Below are positions 28,563 through 35,853 of a DNA stretch of 51,519 bases, one piece after another (within the stretch, counting starts at the first letter, position 1; each line of letters starts with the position of its first letter). The notes under the pieces were generated by a model. It was not told where the DNA came from, ran no database searches, and saw only the letters and a list, made by a program, of their open reading frames with translations. The position numbers and the translations under genes are program-made. The DNA is from an uncultured Sangeribacter sp. (GTDB lineage: Bacteria > Bacteroidota > Bacteroidia > Bacteroidales > Muribaculaceae). Location: NCBI GenBank assembly GCA_964439505.1, contig CAYTOR010000001.1, positions 1 to 51,519 of the forward strand. The letters run 5' to 3'.

Positions 28563-29499
28563 TCCTAAAATCTCGGTAATAGTTCTTGTCTACAATGTAG
28601 AAGACTATATTGAGAAATGCACGGAGAGTTTATTCTCCCAAACTTTTGATTCAATAGAGTATATCTTTGTCAACGACTGCTCGACGGATGAAAGCATTAA
28701 ACGCTTGAACTCCGTAATCCGTCGCTATCCCGAAAGGAAAGAATCTATCACAATTCTTGACAATGAGCAAAACTTAGGTCAGGCTATCAGCAGAATCAGG
28801 GGGATCGAGGCGGCCTCCGGAGAATATATCATAGCGTGTGATTCCGATGATTATCTTCCATTGGATGCGTACGAGAAACTATATGATCACATAGTAACTA
28901 CAGAAAGTGACATAGTAGCGTGTGATTTCTATCGGGGCTCGGAAGATAAATATTCAATAGAAGCAGCTAATTGCATAGATACTCCTCTTGAATGGATCCG
29001 AAACCTGCTTTTATCAAAAAAGATGGGGGCTCTTTGGTGCCATCTGATTAAAAGATCCCTATTGAAGAATCTTATTAAGCCTGAGGGGAACATTATGGAA
29101 GATGTTGTGATACTGGTACAATCCCTCCTCAAATCCAATAAAGTCTCTACTTTGCATCAACCATTATATTACTATATCCAACACTCAAACTCCATAACCA
29201 ATAATCCTGAAAAAATAAACTCGCAGATTGATGAGATGAATTCTAACCTGAATATTCTCAGAATTATTATTTCATCAACACATATATCTCTTAGTCAGGA
29301 ACTGGATTGTAAGCGATTTTTTGTTAAAAAATGGACTCTTCCATTGGTGAATACTCCCCGAATGTGTGGATATTGGATTGGTATACAGCCGGAAATCAAT
29401 AAGCGACTATTTTTCAACCCATTTATTTCCCTCAGAGATAAATTAATCTCCGGATTAATTTATTTGAGATTATACCCTCTCTTAAAAAAAATCATGTAG
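28552..29499 (+). CDS. GT2 glycosyltransferase
   Basis: KISVIVLVYNVE, VNDCSTD, CDSDD and MED. ATG at 28552 chosen as the start. Confidence 0.9.
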   Translation: MSDNPKISVIVLVYNVEDYIEKCTESLFSQTFDSIEYIFVNDCSTDESIKRLNSVIRRYPERKESITILDNEQNLGQAISRIRGIEAASGEYIIACDSDDYLPLDAYEKLYDHIVTTESDIVACDFYRGSEDKYSIEAANCIDTPLEWIRNLLLSKKMGALWCHLIKRSLLKNLIKPEGNIMEDVVILVQSLLKSNKVSTLHQPLYYYIQHSNSITNNPEKINSQIDEMNSNLNILRIIISSTHISLSQELDCKRFFVKKWTLPLVNTPRMCGYWIGIQPEINKRLFFNPFISLRDKLISGLIYLRLYPLLKKIM

Positions 29500-29509
29500 C
29501 ATTTACAAG

Positions 29510-30541
29510 ATGAGAATAGATATAACATGCAGCACTGATGACAATTACGTACAGCATTGTATGGCAATGTTGTGCTCGGTCTATCATAATAACCCGGATC
29601 ATGAAGTATATACACATTTGCTTCATAATGGTCTGTCAGATTCTTCAATAGCGTTATTTCGGGAACTGAATGAGCGGTATGGCAACACAATCAAGTTTTA
29701 TTCCATAGATGAAGACCTTTTAAAGGATGCCAAACTGAAAAAGAATTCCCCGGTCACCATCGCAACCTATTATCGGCTACTTCTACCCGAACTATTAGAT
29801 GAGTTTATTAATCGGGTATTATATCTTGACTGCGATGTCATAGTCTGTAAAGATATCTCCGAACTATTCTCGGAAGTCGACATGACGGATTACGGAGTGG
29901 CAGCCGTAAAAGATAGCCTTCCATATAATACAAAACATCGTTTTGTAATGGGGTTAGGGCTGGATGAACCTTCGTTCTGCGCCGGGGTAATGCTTATTAA
30001 TCTTGAGTTTTGGAGAGCAAATAACAGTAAACAGGCACTCATTGATTTTTCTACAAAAGAGCGGGAAGAAATATTCTTCGCTGATCAGGACGCTTTAAAC
30101 TTCGTATTCCGTAAACATTGGTTGCAACTGCCATATCAATATGGACATTCTCCTCTCTCGGTAGGAGTCTTGGATCCGGGACAACGATGGACCGACGTCT
30201 GGGCTAACGCCTACGACCCGACAATTATACATTATGCGGCCCATGTCAAACCCTGGCATAAGGTAAAATTCCCGGAAAGCGACCTATATTGGAAGTATCT
30301 CAAACTCTCTGCCTATCCGGACCCAAAAGTCATTCCGACAAGTGAATTCAATATAAAAAGAATAAAAAAGGCTAAATATAGGTTTTTTATTTCCAAGTAT
30401 ATAAGACCTTTCGTGCCTCAATTAATAGAGATCGTCATCGGGGATATTATGACCTATATTCAGTTCTTCACTCACCTGCGTTCAAAGACAAAACTAAAAG
30501 CGTTTCTTTTGGCTAAATGGTTTGCCAAATATCAAAGGTAG
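29510..30541 (+). CDS. GT8 glycosyltransferase
   Basis: DDNY, YYRLLLP, LYLDCD, AGVMLINL, DQDALN, IIHY and KPW. Confidence 0.92.
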   Translation: MRIDITCSTDDNYVQHCMAMLCSVYHNNPDHEVYTHLLHNGLSDSSIALFRELNERYGNTIKFYSIDEDLLKDAKLKKNSPVTIATYYRLLLPELLDEFINRVLYLDCDVIVCKDISELFSEVDMTDYGVAAVKDSLPYNTKHRFVMGLGLDEPSFCAGVMLINLEFWRANNSKQALIDFSTKEREEIFFADQDALNFVFRKHWLQLPYQYGHSPLSVGVLDPGQRWTDVWANAYDPTIIHYAAHVKPWHKVKFPESDLYWKYLKLSAYPDPKVIPTSEFNIKRIKKAKYRFFISKYIRPFVPQLIEIVIGDIMTYIQFFTHLRSKTKLKAFLLAKWFAKYQR

Positions 30542-30582
30542 GGTGTAAAATCATCATTTCTCTCATAACGCAGTAGAATCTG

Positions 30583-31617
30583 ATGTCGAAGATTAAATCC
30601 TTCAAATTATCTCTTCTTAGTAAGTATCGGAATGTTCTGATGGGAATCGGAATTTTAGATGTCCTTATTTGGCATTTTGCAGGCGCTTATCATTTAGAGG
30701 GAATCAGCGCTCAAGTATTCGGAACCATTACGCGTTCGGTTTTTACGCCCGGATTTCTTTTCCTTTCCGGATTCGGCATTTATTACTCCTATAGTGCTAA
30801 TTCCAATAAAATTGATTTTTTCAAAAGAAGGTTAGGACGGCTGCTTATTCCATTTTGGGTAATGGTCACTATAATATTCCTGTTCAGACTCGCGGTCTCG
30901 GGGGTCGGTGACTTATCCTATTATCTCGGAATGATTACAACGGCCTCCTTCTGGTTACCAGGAAAAACCTTTAATTATTGGTATATTGCCGTGGTGATTG
31001 CCTTTTATATCGTGTATCCTTTTATTCATGACTTTGTATTCGGTAAAAATAACAACAATGGTAGAGGGGAAATTTATCTAAAGACCTCGCTGATCTGTGT
31101 TTCACTCGTAATTCTAAACATTGTACTGGGGGAATATTATCCATATTATGATGAGCTCGAACTCGCCATCCCTAAACTCCCCATGCTCTTCATAGGAATG
31201 ATTGCCGGGTATTTAGCGAAAGTAGAAGACACTGAAATAAATATAATCTCCTGGAGCTTGTTGATCGGCACCACCGTTATAATTTGCTACTTGCTGAAGA
31301 AAGATAATAAATATTTTGATCAGTATTATTATATCATTGACAAACTTCTGACCATCCCTCTCCTAATTATCATCTTCGAATTCTTAGTCTCCCGAAATAA
31401 TGCCCTTATCAAGAGATTGCTCTCGGTATTTACTTGGTTGGGTGCTTTTACTTTAGAACTTTATGTCATTCACATTTATCTGATGCGAGTAGTAGGAGAT
31501 TTCCCTCAATTACCGGAATATGCAGAATGGTGGATCGCAGTTCCTGTATCTTTTCTGATTTGTATTCCAATGAAAAAATTGTCTACCTACGTGACCAACC
31601 TCATAATTCGAAAATAA
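30583..31617 (+). CDS. Acyltransferase-3 family protein
   Basis: SKYRNVLMG, FLFLSGFG, KRRLGR, WY and LELYVIH. Confidence 0.82.
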   Translation: MSKIKSFKLSLLSKYRNVLMGIGILDVLIWHFAGAYHLEGISAQVFGTITRSVFTPGFLFLSGFGIYYSYSANSNKIDFFKRRLGRLLIPFWVMVTIIFLFRLAVSGVGDLSYYLGMITTASFWLPGKTFNYWYIAVVIAFYIVYPFIHDFVFGKNNNNGRGEIYLKTSLICVSLVILNIVLGEYYPYYDELELAIPKLPMLFIGMIAGYLAKVEDTEINIISWSLLIGTTVIICYLLKKDNKYFDQYYYIIDKLLTIPLLIIIFEFLVSRNNALIKRLLSVFTWLGAFTLELYVIHIYLMRVVGDFPQLPEYAEWWIAVPVSFLICIPMKKLSTYVTNLIIRK

Positions 31618-31626
31618 TTGATGATA

Positions 31627-31671
31627 TAACTCAAGTTTCGTAAGTTGCTTCGTCACTCGAAACTTGAGTTA
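31627..31671. terminator. Perfect 14-bp inverted repeat, terminator-like or processing hairpin
   Basis: TAACTCAAGTTTCG-N17-CGAAACTTGAGTTA followed by ATTTTT. Confidence 0.5.
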
Positions 31672-31710
31672 ATTTTTCAATAGTGGTCTTTCATTAATTA
31701 GCTTCAATTT

Positions 31711-32808
31711 ATGAAAATAGCGTATGTCATTGAATCTCTTCATAATACGGGAGGGATCGAAAGGGTGATAACTCAGAAGGCGAACTGGTTGGCAAACAAT
31801 ACAGAACATGAGATTACTATTTTAACGTTCCGACAGCTACCCTCTCAGGATGATTTCTTTAAACCGGACAATAAGGTGAATAGAGTCCGATTGATAGGTA
31901 AAAATCTGGATAGAAATGATAATTTGCTTCAAAAATTAAACCAATGGTTGGCAGAGAATCCTCAGGATGTTTGTATCAGTTCATACGGACAGGAGTTTAA
32001 AATATTACCGAAACTGAAAGACCCGAGCAAGAAGATCGTTGAATTTCATTTTTGCTATGACATCAATACCAAATGGACCCAAAAATCCTATCATCCGGTC
32101 TTGGCGAAGATGATTGGATTTGCGAGAACTAAAAAAATGAGGTATGTGGCTAATAAATATGATAAAATCGTTGTCTTGACCAAACGGGATCTGGAGAAAT
32201 GGAAATCTCCTAAAGTTGAGGTCATACAGAATCCTGTTACAATCGTTCCTCCCGAGTCCTCGGATTGCTCAGTAAAAAGGGTGATTGCGCTCGGCAGAAT
32301 GGATCGGCAAAAGGGATTTGATTTTTTGATTGATGCCTGGAAGAGAATTGAGAAAAAATATCCGGACTGGAAATTGGATATATTCGGGAGCGCGGATCCT
32401 ACCCCTTATCAGAAGATGATAGAGGAAAATCAATTGAAGCGGATTAAGATAAATCCTCCGACTGATAATGTTCCCAAAGAACTTATTAACAGTTCGATAT
32501 ATGTAATGAGTTCCAGGTATGAGGGCTTTCCGTTGAGTATTTGCGAGGCGATGAGTTGCGGGTTGCCGATTGTGACGTTTGATTGTCCGAATGGGCCGGC
32601 GGAACTTGTGGAGGATGGGAAGAATGGGTTTGTGGTGGCTAAGGTCGGGGATGTAGAACAGTTGGCGGACCGGATCTCGCGGTTAATCGAAAATGAGGAG
32701 CTGCGTCGGGAATTCGGGAAGAAATCCTTGGAATTATCCCGGCAATATCAAATCGATATTATAATGAAATCGTGGGAAAAACTTTTTCATTCCCTATCCG
32801 CAAAATAA
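31711..32808 (+). CDS. GT4 glycosyltransferase (AmsD-like)
   Basis: GGIERV, GRMDRQKGFD and SSRYEGFPLSICEAMSCG. Confidence 0.92.
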   Translation: MKIAYVIESLHNTGGIERVITQKANWLANNTEHEITILTFRQLPSQDDFFKPDNKVNRVRLIGKNLDRNDNLLQKLNQWLAENPQDVCISSYGQEFKILPKLKDPSKKIVEFHFCYDINTKWTQKSYHPVLAKMIGFARTKKMRYVANKYDKIVVLTKRDLEKWKSPKVEVIQNPVTIVPPESSDCSVKRVIALGRMDRQKGFDFLIDAWKRIEKKYPDWKLDIFGSADPTPYQKMIEENQLKRIKINPPTDNVPKELINSSIYVMSSRYEGFPLSICEAMSCGLPIVTFDCPNGPAELVEDGKNGFVVAKVGDVEQLADRISRLIENEELRREFGKKSLELSRQYQIDIIMKSWEKLFHSLSAK

Positions 32809-32861
32809 AAACTGGACCTCCGATTATTGGATGAAGTGAATGGTGGGATTTCAGGGGGGAT

Positions 32862-32892
32862 TTTGCAGTGACGAAATTTTTTCGTAAATTCG
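32862..32892 (+). promoter_or_regulatory. Bacteroidetes housekeeping-type promoter for the DegT gene
   Basis: TTTG-N19-TAAATTCG, one mismatch to TAnnTTTG. Confidence 0.6.
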
Positions 32893-32894
32893 CG

Positions 32895-33032
32895 GAAGTA
32901 ATGGATCCGAGGAATCGGAGGCGAGGTTTCTGAGGAATCGGTGGTAATGGATCCGAGGAATTGGAGGCGAGGTTTCTGAGGAGTCAGAAGTAAGGTTTCT
33001 GAGGAATCGGTGTTAATGAATCTGATGAATTA
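32895..33032 (+). repeat. Six degenerate 23-bp tandem repeats
   Basis: Units start at 32895, 32918, 32941, 32964, 32987 and 33010, with shared core TCYGAGGAATCG. Confidence 0.85.
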
Positions 33033-34312
33033 TGGCACAAAATAGCAGGGTCTTGCTTTGTCTGGCCCACATGTCGGGTAGGGAAATGGAGTTTGTGGAG
33101 GAAGCGTTCCGCGATAATTGGGTCGTTCCCTTAGGACCGAACGTCGACGGATTCGAGAAGGATCTGGAGAAGTTCGTGAATCATACTTCCGCCAATGGGG
33201 AATTGGAACCGCCGCGGCGCGTCGTGGCGCTGTCGGCCGGTACGGCGGCCGTGCATTTAGGGCTCGTAGCCTGTGGCGTGAAGCCGGGCGATGAGGTCAT
33301 CGTTCAGTCGTTTACTTTCTGCGCTTCGGCTCACCCGGTCACCTATTGCGGCGCTACCCCGGTCTTCGTTGACTCTGAACGGGCGTCATGGAATATCGAT
33401 CCGGAACTGCTCGAGAAGGCTATCATCGACCGCAAGGAGAAGACGGGCCGTTATCCGAAAGCTATAGTGCCGGTCGCGCTCTATGGCATGCCTTACAAGA
33501 TTGACCGGATCATGGCCGTCGCCGATAAGTATGGCATACCGGTCGTGGAGGACGCCGCCGAAGGATTCGGTTCGCGGTTCGGCGGTCAGGTACTCGGCAC
33601 TTTCGGCCGCTATGGCGTGCTGTCGTTCAACGGTAATAAGATGATCACTACCTCCGGAGGCGGTGCGCTGATCTGCCCCGGTGAGGAGGAATGGCGCAAG
33701 GTGATGTGGTATGCCACTCAGGCGCGTGAGTCTTATCCCTATTATCAGCATGAGGAGATCGGATATAATTACCGCATGTCGAATATCTGCGCCGGAATCG
33801 GCCGCGGTCAGATGACGATACTCGACGATCATATCCGTCATCATAAGTGGGTCCAGGAGCAGTATGAAAGCCTGTTAGGCGATATCCCGGGATTCACCAT
33901 GCACACTAACCCCGGTCCGGAGTTCGATTCCAATTTCTGGCTCTGTACGGCAACCCTGTCGCCGGAACTGAAGGTCAAGGGTCAGGATGAGGTGTATCAG
34001 GAAGTAATCACCGGCGCAGTCGGTGGCGCCGCAGGAGTGATCCACGCGGCTTCATCGGCTGTCACGGATTGCCAACCTAACGCTAACGTCGAAGCTCTTC
34101 GCGTAGCCCTGGACAAGGCGGGCATCGAAGCGCGTCCGCTCTGGAAACCGATGCATTGCCAACCCGTCTACCGCAATAATCCGGCCTACGTCAACGGTGT
34201 GTCGGAAGATCTCTTCAAGGTCGGAATATGTCTGCCGGCCGGTCCCTGGGTCGGAAAAGAGGAGATCGACCGCGTGGCAGCCGCTATCCACGAGGCCATC
34301 GAAATGAAATAA
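33032..34312 (+). CDS. DegT/DnrJ/EryC1/StrS PLP aminotransferase (PglE/EpsN-like)
   Basis: SAGTAAVHL, EDAAE, SFNGNKMITTSGGG and GYNYRMSN. Confidence 0.93.
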   Translation: MAQNSRVLLCLAHMSGREMEFVEEAFRDNWVVPLGPNVDGFEKDLEKFVNHTSANGELEPPRRVVALSAGTAAVHLGLVACGVKPGDEVIVQSFTFCASAHPVTYCGATPVFVDSERASWNIDPELLEKAIIDRKEKTGRYPKAIVPVALYGMPYKIDRIMAVADKYGIPVVEDAAEGFGSRFGGQVLGTFGRYGVLSFNGNKMITTSGGGALICPGEEEWRKVMWYATQARESYPYYQHEEIGYNYRMSNICAGIGRGQMTILDDHIRHHKWVQEQYESLLGDIPGFTMHTNPGPEFDSNFWLCTATLSPELKVKGQDEVYQEVITGAVGGAAGVIHAASSAVTDCQPNANVEALRVALDKAGIEARPLWKPMHCQPVYRNNPAYVNGVSEDLFKVGICLPAGPWVGKEEIDRVAAAIHEAIEMK

Positions 34313-34387
34313 TAGCGGGGTTTTATCGCTGTCGCTTAGCGGGATTTCCGAATTTTCTATATTTTTTTGAAAAAAAGAGGCAAAAAA

Positions 34388-34419
34388 TTTGGCAGTCTCG
34401 AAAAAATACCGTAACTTTG
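34388..34419 (+). promoter_or_regulatory. Promoter for tRNA-Pro
   Basis: TTTG-N20-TAACTTTG, an exact match to the Bacteroidetes consensus. Confidence 0.75.
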
Positions 34420-34468
34420 CACTCGCTTTGAGGAGGCAACGAACGCCGACTCGAAGCGAACAAAAAAT

Positions 34469-34543
34469 CGGGGTGTAGCTCAGTAGGTTTAGAGTACGCG
34501 TCTGGGGGGCGTGAGGTCGCAAGTTCGAATCTTGTCACCCCGA
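34469..34543 (+). tRNA. tRNA-Pro(GGG), CCA not encoded
   Basis: Acceptor stem CGGGGTG/CACCCCG, D arm GCTC/GAGT, anticodon loop CT-GGG-GG and T loop TTCGAAT. Confidence 0.95.
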
Positions 34544-34552
34544 CTTTGGAAG

Positions 34553-34595
34553 AAAGCTTTAGGTTCAAGTCTTGAATCTGAAGCTTTTTTCTTTT
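34553..34595 (+). terminator. Intrinsic terminator after the tRNA
   Basis: AAAGCTTTAGGTTCAAG/CTTGAATCTGAAGCTTT hairpin followed by a T-tract. Confidence 0.75.
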
Positions 34596-34689
34596 ACTCA
34601 GATTTTCCCCTTATCAGAAGCGATTGCCACCTCGCGGGATTATTACAATTGACCCCAAATCAGGATCTGAAGACTAATACCAAATAACT

Positions 34690-35751
34690 ATGATGACTGA
34701 ATCTCACAAATATCCGGCTCCGTTCGGAGACATCACGTTGGTGCGCCTGGTCAACGACCACGGCGGCGCTGTCACCCTCTCGTCACTCGGCGCAGGAATC
34801 GTTGCGGTGGAAGTACCGGACCGCAACGGCAAGATCGCCAATGTCGCCCTTTCGTATGAAAATCCGGCCGATTATATGGCCGATCCCCCCACAATGGGCA
34901 AGACGGCCGGGCGCTATGCCAACCGCATAGTCAAAGGGGAACTGAAAGTAGACGGCAAGGAGTATAAGCTCGACTGCAACTGCGGTCCTCATCACCTCCA
35001 CGGCGGTCCGACCGGTTTCCAGAATCAGCTTTGGGAAACGGAAATCTATCCGGAAGGGGTACGCTTCTCCCTCGTCTCACCCGACGGCCATGAAAATTAC
35101 CCGGGGAAGGTACACGCGACCGTAGATTACCGCTGGAATAACCTCAACGAGCTCTCCATCTCTTTTGAGGCTACCTCCGACGCTCCGACAGTCATCAACC
35201 TTACCAACCATACCTATTGGAACCTCGACGGCGCCGACTCGGGCAACGCACTTCATCATCTTCTGAAACTGAAAGCCTCGCGTTGGCTCCCTACTGACGA
35301 TACTTTAGCCCCGACAGGAGAACTGGAAAGCGTCGTAGGCACCCCGATGGATTTCCTCGATTTCCACGCCGTAGGCGAGCGCATCAAGGAGGATTTCCCG
35401 GCTCTTAAATTCGGTAAAGGATATGATAACTGCTGGGCCATCGACAACGCGGCAGAAGAGACCGGAGAAGCCCGTAGGGGCATCGTGAAGGATGCCGCAG
35501 TATTGAAGTCAGAAGTTTCGGGCCGCGTTCTGCATGTCGACACCGACCAGCCGGGCCTGCAGGTATATTCCGGTAACTGGCTCGCCGGAAGTCCGAAGAA
35601 CGTCAGCGGACACAGCTACGAGGATTACGACGGCGTCGCCATCGAAGCGCAGGGATTCCCCGACGCGCCCAATATCCCGGCTTTCCCGAGCCAACGGCTC
35701 GAACCGGGGCAGACTTATTCCCGCACCATCATCTACCGGTTTACCCTGTAG
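34690..35751 (+). CDS. galM: Aldose 1-epimerase (galactose mutarotase)
   Basis: GRYANRI, HLHGG, NLTNHTYWNL, GYDNC and AIEAQGFPDAPN. Confidence 0.93.
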   Translation: MMTESHKYPAPFGDITLVRLVNDHGGAVTLSSLGAGIVAVEVPDRNGKIANVALSYENPADYMADPPTMGKTAGRYANRIVKGELKVDGKEYKLDCNCGPHHLHGGPTGFQNQLWETEIYPEGVRFSLVSPDGHENYPGKVHATVDYRWNNLNELSISFEATSDAPTVINLTNHTYWNLDGADSGNALHHLLKLKASRWLPTDDTLAPTGELESVVGTPMDFLDFHAVGERIKEDFPALKFGKGYDNCWAIDNAAEETGEARRGIVKDAAVLKSEVSGRVLHVDTDQPGLQVYSGNWLAGSPKNVSGHSYEDYDGVAIEAQGFPDAPNIPAFPSQRLEPGQTYSRTIIYRFTL

Positions 35752-35796
35752 GGAAGCGCCGAAAGCAGGTTAGCAGATAAAATCATTGAGATTAAT

Positions 35797-35853
35797 AAAT
35801 GGAATTGACAAGCACACCTAATTGCAGAGGCGGGGGGCTTGTCAATTCCATTT
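35797..35853. terminator. Perfect 17-bp inverted repeat between convergent galM and AsmA-like genes
   Basis: AAATGGAATTGACAAGC (35797-35813) and GCTTGTCAATTCCATTT (35837-35853). The right arm overlaps the AsmA stop. Confidence 0.6.

Noticed and set aside
32895-33032. Possible CRISPR array
   Set aside because: The units are contiguous 23-mers without unique spacers, and no cas genes are present.
34469-34543. tRNA-Pro as an integration site for the polysaccharide locus
   Set aside because: I noticed no duplicated tRNA 3' end and no integrase in the window, and the locus lies on the 5' side of the tRNA.
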